DNA of 43,730 bases from a virus (lineage: Duplodnaviria > Caudoviricetes), in the IMG/VR virus record IMGVR_UViG_3300046408_000003, positions 1 through 43,730 of that record. One strand, given 5' to 3'. A model generated the notes under the pieces. That model worked only from the letters and a program-made list of their open reading frames with translations. It searched no databases and was not told where the DNA came from. Shown here piece by piece: positions 8,496 through 17,989 of this stretch. Position 1 is the first letter of the stretch, and the number at the start of each line of letters is the position of its first letter. A program made the position numbers and the translations under genes.

Positions 8496-10679
8496 GTGGC
8501 GGACAAGGCCGACCGGCAATCCTCGCTGCGCGTGGTCAGCGGCGGCCAGGGCAACGCGATCGCACCGGAAACGATCCGGAGCGCGTTGACCGGCAAGCAA
8601 TACGACCTGACGCCTGGCAATTCCGACTGGTTCGGTCCTGGCGTCCCGCAACCGACGGCCGCGCCGCCGGAAGTGAAGGGCCGACAGTTTCAAATGTCGG
8701 TCGGCGTCAACCTGTTCAACTCGACGAAGACAGACGGCCTGAGCTTCGCCACGCTGCGCGCGATCGGCGATTCGTGCGACATCATCCGGCTGCTGATCGA
8801 AAAGCGGAAAGACCAGGTCTGCTCGCTCGATTGGATCATCAAGCCGGTCGACGACATCGACGCGCCGAAGAAACCCGCTCGAGGCAAGGCCGCGCCAGTC
8901 GATCCGCGCGTGAAGGACTTGACCGCGCTGCTGCGCTACCCGGACAAGCAAAACCGCTGGGAAGACTGGCTACGCGTGGTCCTGGAGGACATGTTGGTCA
9001 TCGACGCGCCGGCGGTCTTCGTGCAGCGCACGAACGGCGGCGACCTGTACGCGCTTCACTACATCGACGGCGGTTCGATCAAGCGCCTTCTTGAAAAGGC
9101 GCACGGCTGGACGCCGGCGCCACCGGAGGCCGCCTACCAGCAAATCCTCATGGGCATCGTCGCCGGTTCGTTCACGACCGAGGAACTGATTTACAAGCCG
9201 CGCAACCCGCGATCGAACAAGGTTTACGGGTATGGCTACGTCGAACAGATCATCGTGACCGCGCAAACGTGGCTGCTGCGCCAGGCGTCGAACCTGGAAT
9301 ACTACGACAGCGGAAACGTGCCGGAAGGATTCCTCGAGGCCGGCAAGGACTGGACGCCGGACCAGATCGCAGACTTCCAGGACGCGTTCGACGACATGCT
9401 TACCGGCTCGCTCGCAAACCGTCGCAAGGCGCGTGTCGTGCCGCAGGGTTCGAAGTACACCCCGGTCAAGGCCGCGGCGATGATGGACCCTTACGACGAA
9501 TGGCTCGCGCGCATCGCCTGCTTTTGCTTCGGCGAGGCACCGACGCCTTTCATCAAGCAGATGAACCGCTCCACCGGCGATAACGCCAAGCAGGCGCAGG
9601 ACGAAACCGGGACCGAGCCGGTCAAGCGTTGGGTCAAGGGTTTCATGGATTACGTGATCCAGATCGTCTTGAAGATTCCGGACCTGGAATTCGCTTTCCA
9701 GGACAAGGAAGCTCAAGACCCGAAGGAACGCGCAGATATCGACGGCATCTATCTCGACCGCGATGTCTTGAAGGTCAACGAAGTCCGCGAAGACCTTGGC
9801 CTGGTTCCATACACGGACGACGAACTGGCCGAACTCAAGGCATCGAATAATCCACCGATGCCGCTACCTGGCGCCGCGCCGGGTTCGCTCGAGGACGGCA
9901 GTTCCAAGCCGACGACCACGCAGCCAGGCGCAAAAAAAAAAGTAGCGAAGGCCGGTGACCCGGCCGACGAATCGGACGTCCCAAACGCACTCGAGGCGGC
10001 CAAGGAACGCAAGATCGCCGAAGAACTCGCTGCAGCGTTTGAACTAGCGCAGGACGAAACCGTCGAACAGGTCATCAAGGCGATCGAAGACGGCGAGCCG
10101 AACGCGGATCTGATCGTTGACCGGCTGCAGCTTACTTCGCTGGCCGAGGTCGAAAGCGATCTGCAACAGTCGATCGCCGCGGTTGTCGCGGATGCCGAAA
10201 CCACCGCGAACGAAGCGCTCGACATCAAGATCGAAATCAACCTCGTCAACGATTACGCCGTGACCTTCGCCAAGCAACGCGCGGCTAAGCTCATCACCAC
10301 CGACGCGACCGGCGGCGAAATGCTCGACGCGACGCGCGACCTGATCCGCGCCGACATCACGACCGCGCTTTCGGAAGGCTACAGCGGACCGCAACTGGCC
10401 AAACTGCTGCGCGACAATTACGCGTTCAGCGCCAAGCGCGCGAAGACGATCGCGGTCACCGAGATCCGATTCGCGAGCATTGCCGGCAAGCTGCATAGTT
10501 GGATCCAGTCCGGCGTGGTCAAGCGCAAGCGATGGCTTTTGGCCGAAAACGCGTGCACGATATGCCAGACGAACGCGGACCAGGGCGAAATCGGGCTCCT
10601 CCTGGAATTCAAGTCCGGCGACATGGGACCGCCTGGCCATCCGAACTGCCGCTGCGATCTTGCCGCCTACACGGAATAG
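8496..10679 (+). CDS. Portal protein fused in frame to MuF (Mu gpF / SPP1 gp7-like) minor head protein
   Basis: Probable GTG start at 8496. Portal motifs IDGGSIKRL, AYQQIL, ELIYKPRNPR...YGYGYVEQI, LKVNEVREDLG. C-terminal RAKTIAVTE...C..C...GPPGHPNCRC is the MuF signature. Confidence 0.88.
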   Translation: MADKADRQSSLRVVSGGQGNAIAPETIRSALTGKQYDLTPGNSDWFGPGVPQPTAAPPEVKGRQFQMSVGVNLFNSTKTDGLSFATLRAIGDSCDIIRLLIEKRKDQVCSLDWIIKPVDDIDAPKKPARGKAAPVDPRVKDLTALLRYPDKQNRWEDWLRVVLEDMLVIDAPAVFVQRTNGGDLYALHYIDGGSIKRLLEKAHGWTPAPPEAAYQQILMGIVAGSFTTEELIYKPRNPRSNKVYGYGYVEQIIVTAQTWLLRQASNLEYYDSGNVPEGFLEAGKDWTPDQIADFQDAFDDMLTGSLANRRKARVVPQGSKYTPVKAAAMMDPYDEWLARIACFCFGEAPTPFIKQMNRSTGDNAKQAQDETGTEPVKRWVKGFMDYVIQIVLKIPDLEFAFQDKEAQDPKERADIDGIYLDRDVLKVNEVREDLGLVPYTDDELAELKASNNPPMPLPGAAPGSLEDGSSKPTTTQPGAKKKVAKAGDPADESDVPNALEAAKERKIAEELAAAFELAQDETVEQVIKAIEDGEPNADLIVDRLQLTSLAEVESDLQQSIAAVVADAETTANEALDIKIEINLVNDYAVTFAKQRAAKLITTDATGGEMLDATRDLIRADITTALSEGYSGPQLAKLLRDNYAFSAKRAKTIAVTEIRFASIAGKLHSWIQSGVVKRKRWLLAENACTICQTNADQGEIGLLLEFKSGDMGPPGHPNCRCDLAAYTE
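9932..9965 (+). promoter_or_regulatory. Candidate slippage/-1 frameshift signal (A10 + hairpin) at the portal/MuF boundary
   Basis: A10 at 9932-9941; GGCCGG-TGAC-CCGGCC hairpin at 9950-9965; stops in both alternative frames (TAG 9943-9945, TGA 9956-9958). Confidence 0.6.
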
Positions 10680-10688
10680 GGATCGAAC

Positions 10689-11615
10689 ATGAAGCTGCTC
10701 GCCAACCCCTTCCAGGCATTCCGGCTTCGCTCTGGCGATGTCGCGGCCGATTCGTCCGGCCTGATCGTCGTGACCGCACTCGGCGACGTGCGCGAACTAC
10801 TCAACGCCGGCGCGCACGTCCTTCCGGGGAATTTCCAGGGCGCGAACAACTACGCGGCCACGACCGATCCTGGCGTCGGCAATGACAACACGCAGGACTA
10901 CGTTGCCGGCTCGCGCTGGTTGAACGTGTCGAACGGCCGGATGTGGACGTGCGTTTCGAATGCGACCGGAGCGGCTTCCTGGTCATTCAATGGCGCCGTC
11001 GTCGGCAACGCGCAGCCGGCCGCGCAGGTCACGCAATTCGGTTCGATCGCGCTGGGCGCCACCTTCGGCGCCTTCCTGACCCAGGGCAACCTTTACCGCA
11101 ACGTCGGCCACCCGATCGCAGGCAACGCGGCCGATACGACGGACGACATCCTGGTCGGCTTCGTTCTTCCTGCGAATGCCTTCGACGTGGCCAACCGCGG
11201 CCTGCACCTGGTTGTGGCCGGTATGTTCGGCGCGAACGGCAACGACAAGCGCATCAAGGTCTGGGCGAACCCGACGATGGCCGGCCAGACGGTGACCGCC
11301 GGCGTGATTTCCGGCGGCACGGTTTCCGGCGTCGGATCCGGCGTGCTGCTGTTCGATTCCGGTGTCCAGACCACGAACAACGGTGGATTCTTTGCCGAAG
11401 GTCGGCTGGTGAAGTACGGCGCCGCGGCGAGCAATACCCAGTATTCGCAGTTCCGCGCGGCCTACGGCTCGACATCGGCCGGCGTGACCGCGGCGGTCTT
11501 TTCGACCTTGCCGGAAAACGCCGTGATCAACCTGGTCGTGACCGGCGCCTCGCCGACCACCGGCGCCGCGAATGACGCGGTGCTAGACTACTTCGCAGCC
11601 AACGCGCTGAACTGA
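10689..11615 (+). CDS. Virion structural protein, head-fibre-like
   Basis: Located between portal and protease; DPGVGNDNTQDYVAGSRWLN...MWTCVSNATGAASW fibre motif; G/A/T/N-rich. Confidence 0.55.
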   Translation: MKLLANPFQAFRLRSGDVAADSSGLIVVTALGDVRELLNAGAHVLPGNFQGANNYAATTDPGVGNDNTQDYVAGSRWLNVSNGRMWTCVSNATGAASWSFNGAVVGNAQPAAQVTQFGSIALGATFGAFLTQGNLYRNVGHPIAGNAADTTDDILVGFVLPANAFDVANRGLHLVVAGMFGANGNDKRIKVWANPTMAGQTVTAGVISGGTVSGVGSGVLLFDSGVQTTNNGGFFAEGRLVKYGAAASNTQYSQFRAAYGSTSAGVTAAVFSTLPENAVINLVVTGASPTTGAANDAVLDYFAANALN

Positions 11616-11622
11616 GGACGCC

Positions 11623-12852
11623 GTGAAGCCTCTCGCCTTTGCCAAGCTCGCGAAATACGACGAATCGACCGGCTATTTCGAAGCGGTCGCGACCGACGAA
11701 ACCGTGGACGCAGCCGGCGAAATCTGCGATTACGCGACGTCGGCGCCGCTGTTCCGAGCATGGTCCGACACGATCAAGACCGCGACCGCCGGCAAGTCCG
11801 TCGGGAACGTGCGCGCGATGCACAAGGCAATCGCCGCCGGCACGTTGCAGTCGATCGAATTCGACGATGAAGCCAAGCAGATTCGCGTCGCTGGTTTCGC
11901 CGTCGATCCGGTCGAAAAGATGAAGCTCGGCAAAGGCTGCTACACCGGCCTTTCCATCGGCGGCAACCAGGTCGGCGATATGTGGGAAGACCCGGTCATC
12001 AAGGGCGCGCAGCGCTACACGTGCGAGCCGACCGAGGTTTCCCTGGTCGACTACCCTTGCAACGGCAACGCCTTTTTCACCGTGGTCAAGGATGGCGCCT
12101 CGCCGCAGGTCCGCAAGTTCCTCGAGCCGGCTGCCGCGAAAAAGATCGAAAAGAGCATGTGGTCGGTCGGCCGACTGGCCGATCTGGTCCAGTCGCTTGC
12201 ATGGCTCGCCGACGACTGCGCCTACGAAGCGTCCTGGGAACTCGACGAATCGCCGATTCCTGGCGAACTGCGCGACGCGATCAAGACGCTCGGCGGCATC
12301 CTGGTCAAGATGGTATCGGAGGAAGTCGCCGAACTGACCGAGGACGATTCCGTCGCGATGGCCGCCAAGGACACGATCGGCAAGATCGCGAAGTTTTTCC
12401 CGTCACTGAAACCAACCGAGGGCGATGTCATGGACCTGGAACTCAAAAAGAACCACGACGCGGCCGTCGCCAAGCTGGCCACGACCGAAGCCGATCTCGC
12501 GAAGGTTCGCGGCGAGATCGACACGATCACGAAGGCACGCGACGAAGCGGTCGCCAAGCTGGCGGACGTGGAAAAGCAGCGCGATGAATACGGCAAGCTG
12601 GTCGTCGAAGCGTCCGACCGGATGGAAAAGCTGGAAAAGGTCAACGCGGACAACGCGGTCATTGTGGCCAAGTTCAACGCGTTGCCGGCGCCGATGACCA
12701 TCGCTTTGCGCGCGGTCAGCAAGGGCCAGGACATCGGCGACAACGCGCCGGAAGCCGAGCCGGTCTATGAAGCCGACGGCGTGACCGTGAACAAAGCCGC
12801 CACCGCGATCAAGCATTCGCTAGCCAACCCGGTGAACGTCCGGGCCGGTTAG
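11623..12852 (+). CDS. Prohead protease with C-terminal coiled-coil scaffold
   Basis: ETVDAAGE...VRAMH...YTGLSIGG...EVSLVDYPCN protease motifs, then a long helical coiled coil; upstream of the capsid gene. Confidence 0.85.
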   Translation: MKPLAFAKLAKYDESTGYFEAVATDETVDAAGEICDYATSAPLFRAWSDTIKTATAGKSVGNVRAMHKAIAAGTLQSIEFDDEAKQIRVAGFAVDPVEKMKLGKGCYTGLSIGGNQVGDMWEDPVIKGAQRYTCEPTEVSLVDYPCNGNAFFTVVKDGASPQVRKFLEPAAAKKIEKSMWSVGRLADLVQSLAWLADDCAYEASWELDESPIPGELRDAIKTLGGILVKMVSEEVAELTEDDSVAMAAKDTIGKIAKFFPSLKPTEGDVMDLELKKNHDAAVAKLATTEADLAKVRGEIDTITKARDEAVAKLADVEKQRDEYGKLVVEASDRMEKLEKVNADNAVIVAKFNALPAPMTIALRAVSKGQDIGDNAPEAEPVYEADGVTVNKAATAIKHSLANPVNVRAG

Positions 12853-12940
12853 CGCTCCACGCAAAACCGCTGTACGCTTTGACCCGATTACCGTAATCCA
12901 CCATGCCGGCGAAGACCGGCACAACTCCGGGAGTAGGAAC

Positions 12941-14422
12941 ATGGATCCGCTGGCCAAGGCCGCAGCCTCGCTTCGCAAGGCGCTCGACAATCCCATCCCG
13001 GATGCGATCCGCAAGGCGTTCTCGTCGCCGGCGAACGCGACGACCGGCCTGGCCGAATACAACCTCGAGCTAGGCGCGCGCCTGATCTTCCCGACCGACA
13101 CGCCGCTGCGCAACAGGATCCCGCGCGAAGTCGGCCAGGCTGGCGTCCAGGCGAACTGGCGCTCGATCACGGCGGTCAATCCGAACGGCGAGCAGATCGG
13201 CGTTTCGGAAGGCAACCGCGGCGGGTACAACAGCTTCACCGAGGTCGACAACCTGGCCAAGTTCGTCGAACTCGGCCTGGAAGACTATGTGACCTGGAAG
13301 GCGAACGCCGCGGCGGGCAACTTCCAGAATCTCGACGAACTCGCCGTCATGCTGCTCTTGCAGGCGACGATGGAAGCCGAGGAAAAGATCACACTGGCCG
13401 GCCTGGCGACCTTCCACCTGGCGACCATTTCCGCCGTCACGGTTGCGGTCACCAACTCTGGCGGCACGATGGCCGCGGCTTCGAATCTGCTGACGTGCGT
13501 CCCGCTCACGCATCGCGGCTTCGCGCTTTCCAGCGTGGCTGGCGGCGTAAAGGCGAACTACACGCGCACCAACGCGGACGGTTCGACCGACCTGATCACC
13601 GGGTTCTACGGCGCGCCGTCCGCGAACGCCACCGCGACCACCAGCGGCGGTTCCTCGCAGATGACCGGCACGGTCACGCCGATCCCCGGCGCGGCCGGCT
13701 ATGCCTGGTATGTCGGCGTGTCCGGCTCGCAATACCTGGCGGCGATCACCACGATCAATTCGGTCTCGATCACGGCCGACCCGTCGAACACGAACCAGAA
13801 CCTGACCGCGGTAGCCGGCGCCGACACGTCGAACGATGCGCTGGTGTACGACGGGCTGATTTCGCAGGCGATCAAGTCCGGCTCGGGCGCCTACATCAAG
13901 GCGCTCGCCACCGGCACCGCTGGCGTCGGCACGCGCCTGACCAGCGCCGGCAACGGCACCGGCCGGATCACCGAGTTTGACGCGCTGATCGCGGACCGCT
14001 ATTCCAAGTATCGGCTCATCCCGACCGATATCTGGATCAGTGGCCTGGACCAGAACAACATCAACGCGCTGATCCTGGCGGGCAACACGAACGCGGCGCC
14101 GTTCTTCGTCGGTCCGGACGGCGAAATGCAGGCCGGCGCGCAGATCAAGACGTACATCAATCCGATCGGCTACGGCAACCAGCGGCTCAACATCCGCGTG
14201 CATCCGTTCCTGCCGCAGGGCACGATCCTTTTCACGACCGACAAGATCCCGTACGCGCTGTCGAACGTGAAGACGATCATGAAGATGAACCTGCGCCGGG
14301 ATTACTACTCGATCCTCTGGGCGCTTCGTTCCCGGAAGTACGAGTACGGCGTCTATTTCGACGGACTGCTTCAGCACTACTTCCCGGCTTCGATGGGGAT
14401 CATCTACAACATCGCGCCGTAA
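12941..14422 (+). CDS. Major capsid protein (with inserted beta-rich domain)
   Basis: Position after protease/scaffold; TPLRNRIPR, VSEGNRG, VHPFLPQGTIL, YEYGVY...FP.SMG.I.NI motifs; GGAG/AGGA RBS; hairpin terminator downstream. Confidence 0.9.
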   Translation: MDPLAKAAASLRKALDNPIPDAIRKAFSSPANATTGLAEYNLELGARLIFPTDTPLRNRIPREVGQAGVQANWRSITAVNPNGEQIGVSEGNRGGYNSFTEVDNLAKFVELGLEDYVTWKANAAAGNFQNLDELAVMLLLQATMEAEEKITLAGLATFHLATISAVTVAVTNSGGTMAAASNLLTCVPLTHRGFALSSVAGGVKANYTRTNADGSTDLITGFYGAPSANATATTSGGSSQMTGTVTPIPGAAGYAWYVGVSGSQYLAAITTINSVSITADPSNTNQNLTAVAGADTSNDALVYDGLISQAIKSGSGAYIKALATGTAGVGTRLTSAGNGTGRITEFDALIADRYSKYRLIPTDIWISGLDQNNINALILAGNTNAAPFFVGPDGEMQAGAQIKTYINPIGYGNQRLNIRVHPFLPQGTILFTTDKIPYALSNVKTIMKMNLRRDYYSILWALRSRKYEYGVYFDGLLQHYFPASMGIIYNIAP

Positions 14423-14449
14423 CGGTTCACCCAAGGCCGATGGGCCAGC

Positions 14450-14480
14450 AACACCGCCGGCGCAATCCGGCGGTGTTTCC
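14450..14480 (+). terminator. Stem-loop after the capsid gene (probable partial intrinsic terminator)
   Basis: AACACCGCCGG-CGCAAT-CCGGCGGTGTT followed by a short T tract. Confidence 0.6.
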
Positions 14481-14495
14481 ACAAGGAAAGCCGCC

Positions 14496-14876
14496 GTGAA
14501 CGAACCGCGCGAAGACGCTGACCACCTGATCACCCTTTACGGTCCGAAGGAACTCGGCTGCGTGTCGCACGGCGACCGCGTGTTCGAAGTCTTCGAAGGC
14601 GGCGAAATCGACGTGCCGCCGGAACTGGTCGAAACGCTGCTCGCGCACGGCTTCACGCGCAACCCGGCCGAGGAACTGAAAACGGCGGCCGAGGAAGACG
14701 AAGCCGCTGCAGAAGCCGCCGCCGAAGCGGCCGAGCAAGCCAGGAAGGACGATCAGGCGAAGGCCGACGCACTCGCCGCGGCCGACAAGATCGCAGCCGC
14801 CAAGGCCGCCGAAGCGGCCGCCACACCTATCGCCACGGCCAAGGGCGCGAAGAACGCTCCTGACGCCGGCGCCTGA
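14496..14876 (+). CDS. Hypothetical head-associated protein, Ala/Glu-rich C-terminus
   Basis: AAGGA RBS, GTG start, 126 aa, between capsid and adaptor. Confidence 0.65.
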   Translation: MNEPREDADHLITLYGPKELGCVSHGDRVFEVFEGGEIDVPPELVETLLAHGFTRNPAEELKTAAEEDEAAAEAAAEAAEQARKDDQAKADALAAADKIAAAKAAEAAATPIATAKGAKNAPDAGA

Positions 14877-14888
14877 TCCACCGACATC

Positions 14889-15473
14889 ATGACCGCCAGC
14901 GCGAAAGACCTGACCACGGTTGCGGCGGTTGTCCAGTTCCAATCGTTGCAGAGTTCGGTCGCCACGGCCGACGCTGCGCTCCTGCAGGCGCTTGTTACCT
15001 CCGCGTCGGTCTTCGTCGCGACATACTGCAGCCGCGAATTCGTCCAGGCGAACTACCGCGAAACGCGAAACGGCGCCGGAACTGCGGCGATCGCCACGCT
15101 GAACTTCCCGATCAGCTACGTCGCGCAGGTCACGATCGACGGCCAGGTCATCCCGCCGTCGACCGGGCCGCTTGTGTCAGGCTATGTGTACGACGACAAG
15201 TCCGTCCGCTTGCGCGGCTGCTATGAATTCTGCCGCGGCGCGCAGAACGTCACGATCGCCTACACCGCTGGATTCCCGCCGAACGCGATCCCGGAAGACC
15301 TGGCGCAAGCCGTCGTGGAAATCGTGACCGCGAAATACAAGCGCCGGCAAGACCTGCAACTGGCGAGCCGGATCATTGACGGCCAGACCATCACGTTCAA
15401 CCAGTCCGATGTTCCGCCGAGCGCGAAAACAGTCCTCGGACAATACGCGACGAAGTTCAGGAACCCGCGATGA
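14889..15473 (+). CDS. Head-tail adaptor/connector
   Basis: DLTTVAAV...ATYCSREF...NVTIAYTAGF...IPEDLAQAVVE motifs; synteny. Confidence 0.8.
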   Translation: MTASAKDLTTVAAVVQFQSLQSSVATADAALLQALVTSASVFVATYCSREFVQANYRETRNGAGTAAIATLNFPISYVAQVTIDGQVIPPSTGPLVSGYVYDDKSVRLRGCYEFCRGAQNVTIAYTAGFPPNAIPEDLAQAVVEIVTAKYKRRQDLQLASRIIDGQTITFNQSDVPPSAKTVLGQYATKFRNPR

Positions 15474-15952
15474 GTGAGGTCCGCGGCGACGAACGCGTGG
15501 TCGCCTGGCTCGGCGCGATCGGGACCGACGCACGGCAGGCGCTGCTCGACATCATGAACACGGTCGGGATCGACGTGCAAACGTGGGTCGTCACCGAAAA
15601 ACTGTCCGGCCAGGTCTTGCACCGGCAAAGCGGCCATCTATCAGCATCGATCAACCAGAAGGTCCGCGAAGCCAACACGACGGTTTCGGCCGTGATCGGC
15701 TCAAACAACGAGTTCGGCGCCTACGGCGCGACGTGGGAATACGGCGGCACGTTCACGATCCCGGCGCACGAACGCATGATGACGATGGCCTTCGGCAAGC
15801 CGATGAAGAACCCGCGCATGGTCCAGGTCCGATCCTTCCAGCGCACCTTCGACGAGCGGTCCTTCCTTCGGTCTTCGCTGCGCGATACCGCGCCGGTCGA
15901 GGTCGAAAAGATTCGCGTGGCGATGGCCGAATTCATCCGGAGCGCCGCATGA
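15470..15952 (+). CDS. Neck / tail-completion protein (HK97 gp10-like)
   Basis: LSGQVLHRQSGHLSASI...YGATWEYGG...ERSFLRSSL motif; synteny. Confidence 0.7.
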   Translation: MSEVRGDERVVAWLGAIGTDARQALLDIMNTVGIDVQTWVVTEKLSGQVLHRQSGHLSASINQKVREANTTVSAVIGSNNEFGAYGATWEYGGTFTIPAHERMMTMAFGKPMKNPRMVQVRSFQRTFDERSFLRSSLRDTAPVEVEKIRVAMAEFIRSAA

Positions 15953-16398
15953 ACTCCGAGCCGATCTATGCCGCGCTGTTCGCGCTCGGCCAGGCTGCCA
16001 CCGGCATCCCGGTCGCGAACACCAGCCGCCGGTTGCGGATGATCGACGAAATGCAGGCGGCCGAGTTCCCCGCGTTCTTCCAGCAGCAACTTTCCGAAGA
16101 CTGGCTCGGGACGCCTGGCAACCTGCCGCCACGCGGGACCGCGCACGTGTCGTGGATCCTTTACGTGGACAACTCCGACCTGGCGCTTTCGCATTCGCAA
16201 CAATTGAACCCGCTCAAGGACGCGCTGTTGGCATCGCTCGGCCTTCCGCCGGCGGCGCCTTCATTCCGGACCGGGACGCAGAATCTAGGCGGCCTTGTTG
16301 AATCCGTTCGGCTGGAGGGTACAATCAAGTTCGCCGAGGGCGTCCTTGCCAACCGCGGCCTGGCGGTTATCCCGCTGGTCGTCAAGTTCAACCCATAG
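15949..16398 (+). CDS. Tail terminator-like protein
   Basis: ATGA overlap at 15949; MNSEPIYAALF...SRRLR...QNLGGLV; position before tail tube. Confidence 0.6.
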   Translation: MNSEPIYAALFALGQAATGIPVANTSRRLRMIDEMQAAEFPAFFQQQLSEDWLGTPGNLPPRGTAHVSWILYVDNSDLALSHSQQLNPLKDALLASLGLPPAAPSFRTGTQNLGGLVESVRLEGTIKFAEGVLANRGLAVIPLVVKFNP

Positions 16399-16409
16399 GG
16401 GAACACGTC

Positions 16410-16631
16410 ATGGATCTGCCAGCCGCCGAAGAAGCGCTCACCACGAAAGCCGTCGCCGCGATCGAAACCGACGTCGAAAAGATCAAGGCGAACATCGACC
16501 TGGCCTTCCGGTCCTGGTACGAGGGCCATTTCCACAAGCAGACCGTGAAGGGGCTCGCGCCTCTCGCATCCGACGACAAGGACGCGCTCCAGCGCCTTGT
16601 TACCCTCGCCGTGACGAAGCCGAAGGAGTAA
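16410..16631 (+). CDS. Hypothetical protein (73 aa)
   Basis: GGGGA RBS; fills the gap in the tail operon. Confidence 0.6.
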   Translation: MDLPAAEEALTTKAVAAIETDVEKIKANIDLAFRSWYEGHFHKQTVKGLAPLASDDKDALQRLVTLAVTKPKE

Positions 16632-16638
16632 TCGCGCC

Positions 16639-17379
16639 ATGCTGTTCTTCCATACGGGAAACCTCTGCGCGAAGTCCACGGTAGCGAACGCCACGCCGCA
16701 GAGTTTCGGCACCTTGCAGGATGTCTCGATCGACATTTCCGCATCGAACAAGGAATTGTTCGGGCAGCTGGACTTCGCCGTCGCCACCGGATCTGGAAAC
16801 AAGAAAATCACGGGCAAGGCGAAAAGCGCGAGCATCCAGGCGCGCCTGTTCAACGACGTGTTTTTCGGCGGCACGGTCGCAGGCGGCGAAACGCTGGTCG
16901 CAAACCGTGAGGTTGAAGTCGCGATCCCGACCACGCCGTTTCAGATCACGGTCGCGCAGTCCGCAACCTTCGTCGAAGACTGGGAAGTGATCGACGCCGC
17001 GACCGGCCTGCCGTTCGTCAAGGCCGCAAGCTCGCCGGCCGCTGGCCAGTATTCGGTTTCCGCCGGCGTCTATACATTCAACACCGCCGATGTCGGCAAG
17101 TTCCCGCTGATCACCTACAGCTACACGGTCGGCGCTTCCGGCCAGATGCTTTCGGTTTCCTCGCAGCTTGTCGGCGCTGCTCCGACCTTCACGCTGATCC
17201 TGTCCGGCGGTTACGGCGCCGGCGCGGTCCCCGGCTTGAAGCTCTACAACTGCATCGGGACCAAGCTGTCGATCGCCACGAAGCAGAACGACTTCGTGAT
17301 GCCTGGCTTTGAATTCATCGCGTCCGCGAACGCGGCAGGCAAGGTTCTCGACTGGTCGATCACCGACAAGAGCGGCTGA
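16639..17379 (+). CDS. Major tail (tube) protein
   Basis: FGTLQDVSIDIS...KELFGQ...KITGKAK...KQNDFVMPGFEF; AAGGAG RBS; precedes chaperones and TMP. Confidence 0.8.
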   Translation: MLFFHTGNLCAKSTVANATPQSFGTLQDVSIDISASNKELFGQLDFAVATGSGNKKITGKAKSASIQARLFNDVFFGGTVAGGETLVANREVEVAIPTTPFQITVAQSATFVEDWEVIDAATGLPFVKAASSPAAGQYSVSAGVYTFNTADVGKFPLITYSYTVGASGQMLSVSSQLVGAAPTFTLILSGGYGAGAVPGLKLYNCIGTKLSIATKQNDFVMPGFEFIASANAAGKVLDWSITDKSG

Positions 17380-17381
17380 AC

Positions 17382-17723
17382 ATGACGACCCGCAACCCGA
17401 AAGCCACAACCCTCAACGGCCGCGAGGTTCACTTCGCGGCCTTGTCTTTACGCCAGCTTCGGGACAACAAGGCCGATTTCGATCTCATCATGGCGCCCGG
17501 CGGCATGAACTACAGCAAGCCCGAACACCAGGACGCGGTTCTACGCCTGGCGCTGGCTTCGCTCAAGCACGAATCGCCGCCGGTCGACGAAGCCTTCCTG
17601 CTCGACGCGATCGACACGTTCAACTTCCACGAAATCATCACGCGGATCTTCGACCGCAATTCGTTTCTGGCCAAGCCGGATGAAGCGCTGGGGGAAGCGG
17701 CGGCCGCACCTTCCGCGACATAA
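17382..17723 (+). CDS. Tail assembly chaperone (gpG analog)
   Basis: Between tube and TMP; contains CTG-GGG-GAA near the 3' end. Confidence 0.75.
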   Translation: MTTRNPKATTLNGREVHFAALSLRQLRDNKADFDLIMAPGGMNYSKPEHQDAVLRLALASLKHESPPVDEAFLLDAIDTFNFHEIITRIFDRNSFLAKPDEALGEAAAAPSAT

Positions 17724-17986
17724 ACGTCGCTGAGGTTGTGGCCGAGCTTGTCGCGTTCACCGGGCAATCCTTCGCCGATTCGTGGGACCGGACCACATGG
17801 GCCGACTACCTGGCGATCAATGAACTCTGGCGAACCTTCCCGCCGGCGTCGATTTCGCTGGCGCGGCTTGCGGGCACGCAAGCGAAAGCGGACGATACTG
17901 CTGGCGACGAAACCGACGAAGCGTTGCAGGCCGCGAACGTCGCCATGCTGTCCGAGCTTGCCGGACGACCACCACCGCAGGGGTAA
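17690..17986 (+). CDS. Tail assembly chaperone -1 frameshift extension (gpGT analog); slippery GGGGGAA at 17690-17696
   Basis: The -1 frame is open from the slippery site (GSGGRTFRDINVAEVVAELVAF...) to TAA 17986, just before TMP. GGGGGAA is a known G/T slippery heptamer. Confidence 0.75.
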   Translation, partial: GGSGGRTFRDINVAEVVAELVAFTGQSFADSWDRTTWADYLAINELWRTFPPASISLARLAGTQAKADDTAGDETDEALQAANVAMLSELAGRPPPQG

Positions 17987-17989
17987 GCC

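Noticed and set aside
13070-14533. Long antisense ORFs (also 181-1446, 1528-2772, 23752-25083, 32034-33290)
   Set aside because: These are shadow frames typical of high-GC coding DNA, opposite well-supported genes and without recognisable motifs.
17690-17696. Tail chaperone frameshift as a novelty
   Set aside because: It is probably real but is a well-known conserved feature of long-tailed phages; listed as a feature only.
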